A stretch of 64,000 bases of DNA from Hemiscyllium ocellatum. Lineage: Eukaryota. Each line of letters starts with the position of its first letter. Position 1 is the stretch's first letter. A model generated the notes under the pieces. The model saw only the letters and a list, made by a program, of their open reading frames with translations, was not told the DNA's origin and ran no database searches. The position numbers were made by a program, and so were the translations under genes. Shown here piece after piece: positions 23,310 to 35,594 of the stretch. Where the stretch lies: positions 49,679,776-49,743,775 of the forward strand of contig NC_083418.1 of the NCBI RefSeq assembly GCF_020745735.1, in the 5' to 3' direction.

Positions 23310-26300
23310 CGACCATAAGCTATGTCTACCGCTAATAGTCTGGTCCGTGAATGCAGTAACTCGCAAGTGAAAAGGTGCTAAGAGCAAAACATTGAGCCAA
23401 TTTAACCCCGCTTATTCAACTAATTTAGATTTTTTTTCTTTTAAGGTATCATTGGCACGTTCCACAAACCCTGCTGCCTGCGGGCAATAAACGCAGTGCA
23501 GTTGCTGTTTAATTGAAAGTGATTCACACAATTCAGTATTGATTTGAGCCACAAAATGTCATCCATTATTTGAGCTTATCATCTTAGGCAACCCAAAGTG
23601 GGGAATGACTTCATTCAACAATATTTTCACTACCGTTGTGCAGTACAATTAGTGGTGGGGAAGGCTTCAATCTATTTGCTAAATACGTCAATCATTACTA
23701 ACAAATATTTACAACACCGTACCTTAGGTAATTCAATAAAACACGCAAAAGGACCATCTGGCAGGGGGATAGTCTGGATGGGCATTTAATACCTTTACCG
23801 ATGTTATTTTTCATGCGATCAAGGCATCTATCCAGCCACATTTGAACCACCAGGTTTTTAAAAGTAGCTGCACCATTCCCGCCTTGCTAAGATGGGTACA
23901 AGTATGCAAGTAATCATTAAGCACTGGTAACAAAGAATGAGGAATACAAACTTGATCGACCAGGTGTTAGCCAGAGGCCTCATGTCGAGCAGTGCAAACA
24001 CCCCATTGACTTCCAAAGTGCACGGTCAGATTCAGAGGCGTTCTTCCGTAAAGTTTGAATTGCAGTAAGATCTGGCATGCCCTTCGTCCCTGAAGTAGCT
24101 ACTCAATTTAGAGCCTGATTCCCGTTAGTTGGAATAACTAAATGGCTAATGCAGCCGCCACCTCAGCAGCCGAATCAGCACAGGCATTTCTAGTTGTCCC
24201 CTTGTGTGCGCAATATGTTTAATAACAGACAATTGACAAGAAAGCTGAATAGCATTGAGGAGACTTTTAACCTGAATGGGAGTCCCTGTAAAAGTAAGGA
24301 AGCCTCGTTGCTGCCAGAGGTGACCAAAATCATGGGCAACACCGACTATGTACCTAGAATTGGTGTAAATGTTAGCAATTTTGTCAGTGGCTAAAATACA
24401 AGCTCTGGTAAGGGCAAGAATCTTGACTTTCTGTGTGGAGATAGGGTTCTGAAAAGCAGCAGACTCCTGAACAGCAGTGTCTGTTGCTATAGCATAGCCT
24501 GACTGCAGGAAGCCATCCGGGGAAACGGGGGAAGTACCGTCAACATAAAACATGAGGTCAGGGTTTTCAAATGGGAGGTTTGCCAAATCCGGGCAAGGTA
24601 CAGTAAGGAAATAATCCCTCGGCAAACAGTCATACAGAGGGTCAGGAAGATCATCAGGGGGTTGCTCAAGGAATGTAGCAGGATTCAAAGTGGAGCGGTA
24701 CTGAACCGATAGGTAAGGGTTCTGCAACAGTGAGATCTCATAACTATCTTGGATGAGGTGTTGGGTCTACTGAAACTTGAGGAGGGCGACAACAGAGTGC
24801 GAGGTGTACACCTGTATGGGCTGGTGAAGGCTCAGATTGGAAGCTGCCTGTACTAACAGGTGGACAGCAGTTAGGATTTGAGTGCATGGAGGAAGGCCAC
24901 AAGCAACAGGATCCAATTTAGTGGAATAATAGGCTACTGGGCAACGACGGACACCATGCTGCTGAGTTAGAGCACCAGTGGCACTTTCACCTATTACACT
25001 AACATACAACTTAAAGGTCTGTCATACAGTGGGTGCCCTAGCGCTGTGGCTGAAGCCAAGGCATCTTTGAGGACATAAACTGACTGCATGCTCGAGCCAG
25101 ATGATTGAAATGTCAGGGGAGCATTAGGAGAGGTATAAGGTCTTTATAATAAGTTGTAGCATTTGTTGTGCCTGCAAAAATTGACCAGCCCTAAAAAGGC
25201 TGTCATCCCTTTGGGTGAGGTAGGGGGTTGAGTTTGCAAGATAGGGATAATCGCTCTGAGTAAGGGAATGGCCAGTAGCACGAATTAACACACCCAAAAA
25301 TTTAACTTGTGATTGCCCCTTATGAACTTCGGTGGGTGGGACTATATATCCCCATGAATGGAGGTCTGTCAGAAGGTAAACCATGTCCTGTTAGTTATTA
25401 ACCAAATCAGTGCTAACCCAGGAGCAAATCATCCACATATTGAATGAGAGTGGATCCTCCAGGGAGCGTTAGTGTGGCCAGCTGGGAGTGCAGTACTTGT
25501 AAAAAGAGATTGACAGAAACCCTGTGGGAGTCGAGTCCATGTGTCCTGGCCAACTTTAAATGTGAAGGCAAACAAATACTTTGAGTCCAGGGCGTGGGGA
25601 ATTGCAAAAAAAAAATCACGTTGCCAGTCAACAAGAATGGATCACATGCTTCAGGCAGGGGGGCTGCTACTAAGAATTGTAGCTGGGCTGGGCACAGTGG
25701 GATGCAAAGGTTCCACAATCTGATTGATACTGTGGAGGTTTTGAACCAAACACCACTCAGATGGTCTTCAGATGTTTGGGACCAGGAGGATCGGGGTGTT
25801 GCAAGGTGACTAGCATGGATCTAAAATTTCCTGTGTGAGGAAAGACTGGATCATGTCGGAGACTCCTTGTTCAGCCTCTGGAAGCAAGGAGTACTGTGGA
25901 ATCGAGGGCAAGGACAAACTGGCCTTTATCTTAACTTGGATTGGGGAGCATTAGTGAGGCCTCGTTCATGTTTGGACATTGCTCAAGTCAGGAGGAATCT
26001 CTGTGGTTGGGGGCTTATCGGGCCAGTGTGCAAATCACGGAGAAAGGCTCTGAAAAAATACACTTGGGAACCTTGAGGGAAAGTTTGCCTTCTAATATGA
26101 AAAGGACCTGCTTGCTGTCACAAAGCTGCAGCTTAAACTCCGAGAAATTTTGCACTATAACCCTCATGAATACTGAGAGTGACATGAGGGGCAATGAGTC
26201 CAGATTGATGCCAGAGATGACATGGCACCTCTACAAGGAAGGCAGAGCCCTCCTGTCCCTCAGCGAGGCCAAGAAATGTCACAGTCTGAGGAGTCCCAAG

Positions 26301-27801
26301 GACTGCTTGATAAATATTCTACATCTGAACAGAGCAGCCGGTGTGATCATAGCACAGAGTAAGATGGGGATCAGGAACATTAAAAGGAGGGGTAAAGTCA
26401 GAGGCACGAAAATCAATTGACCACCGTTGAGGAATAGCGAAAAGCGATAAGTTATGAGGGCGGGCTTCAGGGACAGCAGATATTGATATGCCCTCTTCGA
26501 GGTTCACAATCTCTACCTGCATAGAACAGAGAAAATCGCGTCCAGCCAGGTTGACACCAAGGGCTTGAGTGACAGCAAATGGAATAAAATATCTACATCC
26601 TTCGAACTGGATAGTACGTGGCTATGTGAGTGGGTAAACAGCAGGTTCACCCATCAAACCAGAAATTTCCGCATGTTCATCAGAGAGAGGAAAATTATAT
26701 CTTTGAATCAAGGGCAAAGTTAGGGTAGAGTGAATCGCACCAGTGTCAATCATAAAGGGAAGAGGGATACCTTCAATGCAAAGTATTATGTGGGCTCATC
26801 TGCGTGGTCTCGTGAGAGGACAGGATAATTGGCCTGGGTTAGTCAAAAAGGATTACAGGTAGTGAAGGATATGTGTTTACGGCAAGAACGCTGGCCCCAT
26901 TTATGGGGGAATGAGCAATCCTTGGCGTAGTGGCCCATCCAGTTGAAACAGGAGTTATGAGAAGGGGACCCCAGTGGTGAAGTGCAGCATTATTAGGAAA
27001 TGATCTCTACCTGTGCCGGTCAGTCTGGTGTCGGATTCCACTGTGGGCCTAGGAGAACGGCAGCCAGCAGATGTCTGTACAAACTCCTGTTTGATGTGCG
27101 ATACAGTATTGTTTGTCATTGACCAGGTCAAAGTGAAATAATTTGATTTGATTGGTAGAGATAGGAGAATGGCATGAAACACTAACTATTTTATGATAAG
27201 TGACAGTGAGCAAATTGTTATTCAATAACCCAATTCTCAGAAATGCAACAGATTGTTGCATAAGAGAAGGATATATGATTTGAGGTCATTCCATTCACTG
27301 TGTAAAAGAACTCCAAATAAATGCAGCTTTTGGAGAAATTCTTTTGATAGAAATCAAGTCACAGAAGTTCTAAACTGATGTGGTCAGTTCGTCAGTCTTC
27401 TGGAAAAATAAGAACTGTCAATATGGATCTTTCTAATACAAGCAATCAGAGAAATCAGAGTTAATATTTCCAGTCCAGTGACCCTTCCACAGAAATGCTG
27501 AGCTTTTCCAGCAATTTCTTTTTTTGTGATTTATAGCATCTGCAGTTCCTTTGGTTTTCATTTCATTACCATCTTATAATAGTCACATTGAGTTTCTTGA
27601 ATTGAATGTAATCATTCAACTGTTTACTTGACATTGAAACTTTATATTGACAAGTAGATTTTTTTTCACTGCTACTGAGAATAGTTAATCTATGATAACT
27701 TTGGGTTCATTACTAATAGAAGAGTTACTTAATACTCTAATATTCTAAGGATGAACTTCACTTAATTAATGTTGAATTTAACTAAGTATTTCTGTGTTCA
27801 G

Positions 27802-27849
27802 GTATTAAGAGTACAACCTCTGCTCAATTAAATGGATCGATTGATGCAG
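27802..27849 (+). CDS. NCR3LG1-like: Gene 1 48-nt micro-exon copy 1, GIKSTTSAQLNGSIDA
   Basis: ttctgtgttcAG acceptor and GTaaag donor, 48 nt, phase 1-1, no stop in the frame set by the flanking exons. Confidence 0.65.
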
Positions 27850-28388
27850 GTAAAGTGTCCACCTTGAGAGTTTTTGCTCCGTACATGTTTGGTTGTAATC
27901 CATAATAATGTCAGTGTGGTATTACAGACAACACACAAGATGATGTAGATATACCATTTTAGATACAGAGGAGGTGCTGCCTTCATTTCTGATTGTTAGG
28001 GTGATGTAATGGGTGACTCTTTAAAATGAAGCAGTGTTAATGTGGTTCCATCCAGCATCCCAGTTATCATTATCACTGCCTTACTTACACACTGTCAATA
28101 TGGATCTTTCTAATATAAGGAATTCTAGAAATCAGAGTTAACATTTCCAGTCCAGTGACCCTTCCTCAGAAATGCTGAGCTTTTCCAGCAATTTTTTTTT
28201 GTTTGTGATTTATAGCATCTGCAGTTCCTTTGGTTTTCATTTCATTACCATCTTATAATAGTCACGTTGAGTTTCTTGAATTGAATGTAATCGTTCAACT
28301 GTTTACTTGACATTGAAACTTTATATTGACAAGTAGATTTTTTTCACTGCTGTTGAGAATAGTTAATCTGTGATAACTTTGGATTCAT

Positions 28389-29918
28389 AGAGGCATAGAT
28401 ATAGAGATGTACAGCATGGAAACAGACCCTTTGGTCCAACTCATCCATGCCGAATAGATATCCCAATTCAATCTTGTCCCACCTGCCAGCACTCAGCCCA
28501 TATCCTCCCTACCCTTCCTATTCATATACACATTCAAATGCCTTTCAAATGTTGCAATTGTACCAGCCTCCACCACTTCCTCTGGAAGTACATTCTATAC
28601 TCTATCACCCTCTGTGTGAAACAGTTGCCACTTAGGGCTTTTTTATATCTTTTCCCTCTCACCCTAGACCAATGCCCTCTAGTTCTGAATTCCCCAACGC
28701 CAGGGAAAAGACCTTGTCTGTTTACCCTATCCATGCCCCTCATAATTTTGTAAACCTGTATAAGGTCACCCCTCAGCCTCCAATACTCCAGGAAAAAAAG
28801 TCCCAGCCTGTTCAGCCTCTCCCTCCAGCACAAATCCTCCAACCCTGGCAACATCCTTGTAGATCTTTTCTGAACCCTTTCATGTTTCACAGCATCTTTC
28901 CGATAGGAAGGAGACCAGAATTGTATGCAATATTCCAACAGTGGCCTAACCAATATCCTGTACAGCTACAACATGACTTACCGACTACTGTACTCAATAC
29001 TCTGACAGAGTTTTTAAAAAAGCATACCAAACACCTTCTTCACTATCCTATCTACCTGCGACTCCACTTTCCAGGAGCTATGAATCTGGACTCCAAGGTC
29101 TCTTTGTTCAGCAACACTCCCTAGGACCTTATCATTCAATGTATACATCCTGCAAAGATTTGCTTTCCCAAAATGCAGCACCTCACTTTTATCTGAATTA
29201 AATTCTGCCACTTCTCATCCCATTGGCCCGTCTGGTCCTGATCCTGTTGTAATCTGAGGTATCTTCTTCGCTGTCCACTACACCTCCAATTTTGGGGTCA
29301 TCTGCAAACTTACTAACTGTACCTCTTCTGCTCTCGTCCAAATCATTTATGTTAATGACAAAAGGTAGAGGGCCCAGCACCGATCCTTGTGGCACTTCAC
29401 TGGTCACAGGCCTCCAGTCTGAAAAACAAACCTCCACCACCACTATCTGTCTTCTAACTTTGAACCAGTTCTGTATTTAATTGGCTGGTTCTCCCTGTAT
29501 TCCGTGAGATCTCACCTTGGTAACCAGTCTCCAATGGGGATTCTTGTCGAACGCCTAACTGAAGTCCATATAGATCACATCAACCGCTCTGCCCTCATCA
29601 ATCCTCTTTGTTACTTCTTCAAAAAACTCAATCAGGTTTGTGAGACATGAATTCCCATGTACAAAGTCATGTTGACTATCCCTAATCAGTCCTTGCCTTG
29701 CCAAATACATGTACATCCTGTCCCTCAGGATTCTCTCCAACAACTTGCCCACCACCAACATCAGTCACGCTGGTCTATAGTTCCCTGGTTTGCACTTACC
29801 ACCCTTCTTAAATAGTGGCATCACGTTAGCCAACCTCCAGCCTTCCGATACCTCACCTGTGAATGTTGATGATACAAATATCTCAGCAAGATGTCCAGCA
29901 ATCATTTCTCTAGCTCAT
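28389..29918 (-). mobile_element. CR1 LINE 5'-truncated copy (duplicate 1)
   Basis: RT ORF pieces at 28534-28953, 29198-29443 and 29555-29761. Confidence 0.92.
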
Positions 29919-30008
29919 TACTATTAGAAGAGTTACTTAATATTGAATATTCTAAGGATGAACTTCACTTATCTAATGTTGAATTTAACTAAGTCTTTCT
30001 GTGTTCAG

Positions 30009-30056
30009 GTGTTAAGAGTACAACCTTTGCTCAAGGTAATGGATCGATTGATGCAG
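30009..30056 (+). CDS. NCR3LG1-like: Gene 1 48-nt micro-exon copy 2, GVKSTTFAQGNGSIDA
   Basis: Duplicate of 27802-27849 with intact AG and GTaaag. Confidence 0.6.
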
Positions 30057-30593
30057 GTAAAGTGTCCACCCTGAGAGTTTTTGCTCCGTACATGTTTGGT
30101 TGTAATCCATAATAATGTCAGTGTGGTATTACAGACAACACACAAGATGATGTAGATATACCATTTTAGATAGAGAGGAGGTGCTGCCTTCATTTCTGGC
30201 TGTTAGGGTGATGTAATGGGTGTTCCTTTAAAATGAAGCAGTGTTAATGTGGTTCCATCCAGCATCCCAGTTATCATTATCACTGCCTTAGTTACACTGT
30301 CAATATGGATCTTTCTAATATAAGGAATTCTAGAAATCAGAGTTAACATTTCCAGTCCAGTGACCCTTCCTCAGAAATGCTGAGCTTTTCCAGCAATTTT
30401 TTTTTGTTTGTGATTTATAGCATCTGCAGTTCCTTTGGTTTTCATTTCATTACCATCTTATAATAGTCACATTGAGTTTCTTGAATTGAATATAATCATT
30501 CAACTGTTTACTTGACATTGAAACTTTATATTGACAAGTAGATTTTTTTCACTGCTGCTGAGAAAAGTTAATGTGTGATAACTTTGGATTCAT

Positions 30594-32054
30594 AGAGGCA
30601 TAGATATAGAGATGTACAGTATGGAAACAGACCCTTCGGTCCAACCCGTCCATGCCGAACAGATATCCCAATTCAATCTGCCAGCACTCAGCCCATATCC
30701 TCCCTACCCTTCCTATTCATATACACATTCAAATGCCTTTCAAATGTTGCAATTGTACCAGCCTCCACCACTTCCTCTGGAAGTACATTCTATACTCTAT
30801 TACCCTCTGTGTGAAACAGTTGCCGCTTAGGGCTTTTTTATATCTTTTCCATCTCACCCTAGACCAATGCCCTCTAGTTCTGAATTCCCCAACGCCAGGG
30901 AAAAGACCTTGTCTGTTTACCCTATCCATGCCTCTCATAATTTTGTAAACCTGTATAGGGTCACCCCTCAGCCTCCAATACTCCAGGAAAAAAAGTCCCA
31001 GCCTGTTCAGCCTCTCCCTCCAGCTCAAATCCTCCAACCCTGGCAACATCCTTGTAGATCTTTTCTGAACCCTTTCATGTTTCACAGCATCTTTCCAATA
31101 GGAAGGAGACCAGAATTGCATGCAATATTCCAACAGTGGCCTAACCAATATCCTGTACAGCTGCAAGATGACTTCACTATCCTATCTACCTGCAACTCCA
31201 CTTTCAAGGAGCTATGAACCTGCACTCCAAGGTCTCTTTGTTCAGCAACACTCCCTAGGACCTTATCATTCAATGTATACATCCTGCAAAGATTTGCTTT
31301 CCCAAAATGCAGCACCTCGCATTTATCTGAATTAAATTCTGCCACTTCACATCCCATTGGCCCATCTGGTCCTGATCCTGTTGTAACCTGAGGTAACTTT
31401 CTTCGCTGTCCACTACACCATCAATTTTGGTGTCATCTGCAAACTTACTAACTGTACCTCTTATGCTTTCATCCAAATCATTTATGTTAATGACAAAAAG
31501 TAGAGGGCCCAGCACCGATCCTTGTGGCACTTCACTGGTCACAGGCCTCCAGTCTGAAAAACAAACCTCCACCACCACTATCTGTCTTCTAACTTTGAAC
31601 CAGTTCTGTATTTAAATGGCTGGTTCTCCCTGTATTCCGTGAGATCTCACCTTGGTAACCAGTCTCCAATGGTGAATCTTGTCGAACGCCTTACTGAAGT
31701 CCATATAGATCACATCTACCGCTCTGCCCTCATCAATCCTCTTTGTTACTTCATGAAAAAACTCAATCAAGTTTGTGAGACATGAATTCCCATGCACAAA
31801 GCCATGTTGACTATCCCTAATCAGTCCTTGCCTTGCCAAATACATGTACATCCTGTCCCTCAGGATTCCCTCCAACAACTTGCCCACCACCAACGTTAGT
31901 CAAGCTGGTCTATAGTTCCCTGGTTTGCCCTTACCACCCTTCTTAAATAGTGGCATCACGTTAGCCAACCTCCATGTCTTCTGATACCTCACCTGTGACT
32001 TTTGATGATACAAATATCTCAGCAAGATGTCCAGCAATCATTTCTCTAGCTCAT
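30594..32054 (-). mobile_element. CR1 LINE 5'-truncated copy (duplicate 2, with small internal deletions)
   Basis: RT ORF pieces at 30729-31166, 31270-31578 and 31612-31893. Confidence 0.92.
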
Positions 32055-32145
32055 TACTATTAGAAGAGTTACTTAATACTTGAATATTCTAAGGATGAAC
32101 TTCACTTAATTAATGTTGAATTTAACTAAGTATTTCTGTGTTCAG

Positions 32146-32193
32146 GTATTAAGAGTACAACCTCTGCTCAAGGAAATGGATCGATTGCTGCAG
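32146..32193 (+). CDS. NCR3LG1-like: Gene 1 48-nt micro-exon copy 3, GIKSTTSAQGNGSIAA
   Basis: Duplicate with intact AG and GTaaaa. Confidence 0.6.
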
Positions 32194-32923
32194 GTAAAAT
32201 GTCCATCTTGAGAGTTATTGTTTCGTACATGTTTGGTTGTAATCTATAGTGATGTCAGTGTGGCATTTCAGACGACACACAAAATGATGTAGATATACCA
32301 TTTTAGGTAGAGAGGAGGTGCTGCCTTAATTTGTGGCTGTTGGGGTGATGTAATGGGTGATCCTTTAAAATGAAGCAGTGTTAATGTGGTTCCATCCAGC
32401 ATCCCAGTTATCATTATCACTGCCTTAGTTACACACAGCTGTATGAGTATCCAAAATACTCTGATTATCTCAGGTTGGTAGCTGCTGTGAAACGGACAAA
32501 AATGCCAAACACCGATATCGTTACTTTAAAGAACATTTAGAACAGTACTGCACAGTGCAGTCCCTTCGGCCCGCAGTGTCATTGCTGGCCTTTTATCCTA
32601 TTCCAATTACTTTTACAATTTTGGATAGATTTATTTTGCTGTTCCTTATGCTTAATTCTCTGTAATTTGCCATTAGACAGCATACAACAGGGATTTCTAA
32701 TCCAGTAAGAATTCTACAAGAGAGGAAGTCAGATTAGTGACACTCTAGTGGAAAACCAATAACATCTACTCACCAGCAGAAGTAATGACCTCTTCGACAT
32801 TTAGCCAAGGATGAGAAGGAATAGCAAATTCCTTCCAGTGTTTTGATCAAAATTTGTAAAGTGTGTAACTATCGTAATCCAGGTGGTGTGATTTGGCTGG
32901 ATTTTAGGCTAATGCGAGCTACT

Positions 32924-33752
32924 TATAAGAGTCATACAGCATGGAAACAGACCCCTCAGTCCACCTTGCCCAGACTTCCCAATCTGACCTAGCCCCATTT
33001 GCCAGCATTTGGTCAGTATCCCTTGAAACCCTCCCAACCATGTACACATCCAGATGCTTCTTATATGTTGAAATTGTAATTGTCTCCACCACTTCCTCTG
33101 GCACCTCATTTCATACCCGCACCACCATCTACGTGAAAAAGTTACCCCTTATATCCGTCTTAAATCTTTGCCTTCTTACCTGAAGCCTATGCCCTAGTTT
33201 TGGTCTCCCTCCACCCTAGGAAGAAGACCTTGGCTATTCTTCCATCCATCCATACCTCTTATGATTTTATAAACCAGCCTAAGGTTACCAGTCAGCCTCT
33301 GCTCCAGTGGAAAAAGCCTTAATCTATTCAACCTCATCCTATAGCTCAAACCTATCAGTCCCAGCAACATGCTTGTAAATCTTTTCTGCACCCTCTCAAG
33401 TCTAACAACATCTTTCCTACAGAATGGCATCCAGAATTGTATGCAGTATTCTAAAACTGGACTCAGCAATGCCTTATAAAGCCACAACATGACGTTCCAA
33501 CTCTTATATACAATGTTCTGACCAATGAAGGCAAGTATGCCGCCTTCACTACCTTTTCAAGGAAAAATGCACCTGCACCACTGGATCCCATTGTTCAGCA
33601 ATACTTCCCAGGGCCCTACCATTAGCTGTATAAGTCGTGCACTGGTTTGGCTTACCATAATGTGACACCTCAAACGTATATAAATTGAACTCCATCTGCA
33701 GTTCCTCAGCCCATTGGCCCATCTGATCAAGGTCCTGATGTACTCTGAGATA
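32924..33752 (-). mobile_element. CR1 LINE 3' fragment
   Basis: ORF 33194-33490 (LEYCIQFW...ERVQKRFT). Confidence 0.85.
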
Positions 33753-33775
33753 ATTTTATTTTGTCCAACGGTTCA

Positions 33776-35594
33776 GAAGAGGCGATGGAGAGTTTGAGTA
33801 GCTAGGAAGGATTTAAAGATAGACCTCAGAAGAGCAAAGAGGGGACATAAACAGTCTTTAGCAGTTAGAAAAAAGGAGAACCCTAAAGCTTTCTATAGGT
33901 ATATGAGGAATAAAAGGATAACGAGGGTAGGAATAGGGCCTGTCAAAGACAGAAGTGGGAAGTTGTGTGTGGACCCTGTGGAGACCGGAGAGATGCTAAA
34001 CAAATATTTCTCATCTGTTTTCACTCAGGAAAAGGAGATTATTGTAGAGGAGAAGACTAGATACACACTATTAGACTTGAAAGGAATGAGGAAAGAGGAG
34101 GTGTTAACAATTCTAGAAGGTGTGAAAATAGATAAATCCCCTGGACTAGATGGGATTTTTCCGAGAATTCTCTAGGAAGGAGATGGCTGAGCCTTTGGCC
34201 TTGATCTTTGAGTCGTCATTGTCTACAGGTTTAGCACCAGAGGAGGACTGGTGGATTCCAAATTTGTGTTTTTGTTCAAGAAGGCCAGTAGAGATGACCC
34301 AGCTAATTATAGACCAGTGAGCTTTATGTTTTAGGAAAAGTTTTGGGGGTAAAGATTATAAGTGATAAGATTTATAATTATCTGGCAAGCAATAATTTGA
34401 TTGGAAATAGTTAACATGGATTAGTTAAGGGCAGGTCATGTCTCACAAACCTAATTGAGTGTTTTGAGAAGATGACCAAGCATATGGGTGAGGGTAGGGC
34501 AGTTGACGTGGTGTACATGGACTTCAGTAAAGCTTTTGATAAGGTTCCACATGGTAGGCTACTGGAGAAAATACGGAGGCGTGGATTGAAGGTGATTTAG
34601 CAGTTTGGACTAGAAACTGGCTTTCTGTAAGAAGGCAACGAGTGGTGATTGATGGAAAATATTCAGCCTGGAGTCCGGTTATTAGTGGTGTGCTACAAGA
34701 ATCTGTTTTGAGACCACTGCTATTTGTCATTTTTATAAACTACTTGGTTAGTAAGTTTTTAGATGATACTAAAGTCGGTGGAGTGGTGGACAGTGTGGAA
34801 GAATTTTGTAGGGAGACTTGGATAAACTGCAGAACTGAGCTGAAAGGTGGCAAATGGAGTTCAATGCCGATTAAATGTGAGGTGATTCACTTTGGGAAGA
34901 ATAACAGGAAGTTAAATACTGGGTCAATGGAAAGATTCTTGGTCGTATGGATGTGCAGAGGGATCTTGGTGTTCATGTACATAGGTCCCTGAAAGTTGCC
35001 ACCCAGGCTGATAGTGCTGTTAAGCATGCATACAGTGTGTTGGGTTTTATTGGAAGAGGAATTGAGTTCTGGGACTGTGATGTCAAGCTGCAACTGTACA
35101 AAACACTGTGCGGCCTCACTTGGAATATTGTGTACAGTTCTGCTTGCCCTATTACAGAAGGATGTGGAAGCTGTGGAAAAGGTGCAGAGGAGATTTATCA
35201 GGATATTACCTTGTCTGAAGCAAAGGCCTGTGGGAATTGGATCTGTTCTCATTGGAGAGAAGGCTAAGAGGTGACTTAATAGAGACATATAAGATGATCA
35301 GAGGATTAGATAGGGTGGGCAATGAGAGTCCTTTTCCTAGGATGATGACATCTGCTTGTACAAGGGGGCCTAGCTGCGAATTGAGGAGTGATAGATTTCA
35401 GACAGATGTCAGAGGCAGGTTGCCTGCCAATGTAGTTAACGTAGCCACATTAGGAGCATTTAAACAGTCCTTGGATAAGCATATGGATGTTGATGTGATA
35501 GTGTCGGGTGATGGGCTTGGATTAGTTCACAGGTTGGCTCAACCTCTAGCGCCGAAGGGCCTGTTCTGCACTGTATTGTTCTATGTTCTATGTT
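33776..35594 (+). mobile_element. CR1 LINE ORF2 fragment with (TTCTATG)n tail
   Basis: ORFs 33903-34175, 34642-34992 and 35237-35695, plus the DFSKAFDKVPH motif. Confidence 0.88.

Larger units (their letters stand above)
21345..27180 (-). mobile_element. Decayed class I (epsilon/gamma-like) endogenous retrovirus internal region, gag-pro-pol-env, no LTRs recognised
   Basis: Capsid-like gag about 26960-27180; degenerate zinc knuckle CFN..GHYAKDC about 26915-26950; gag stop NPF-TGA-CTA 26840-45; protease FMIDTGA 26736-47; RT LIQYVDDLLL about 25420-25450; RNase H FYVDG...SGYAI 24146-24727; integrase ...DVFSKxIEAFP...ERANDTLK about 23400-23830; env TM LANETA...QLALDYLLA...CAVVGQECC 21346-21620. 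Confidence 0.93.
27414..32435. repeat. Nested tandem duplication A-B-A-L-B-A-L-B (A about 300 nt of intron, B about 380 nt with the micro-exon, L a CR1 fragment)
   Basis: A at 27414, 28091 and 30296; B at 27711, 29919 and 32055; L at 28389-29918 and 30594-32054. The two L copies have identical junctions and share private mutations. Confidence 0.93.

Noticed and set aside
25541-26420. Plus-strand ORFs over the ERV, for example the 159-aa ORF at 25941
   Set aside because: Antisense to pol, with no recognisable domain, splice logic or promoter.
27414-32435. CRISPR array or prokaryotic system
   Set aside because: The repeats are kilobase-scale intronic duplications in vertebrate DNA, not short repeat-spacer units.
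32924-35594. Head-to-head CR1 pair as one twin-primed insertion
   Set aside because: Both halves contain the same 3' RT region with their own tails and differ in sequence, so two independent insertions are more likely.
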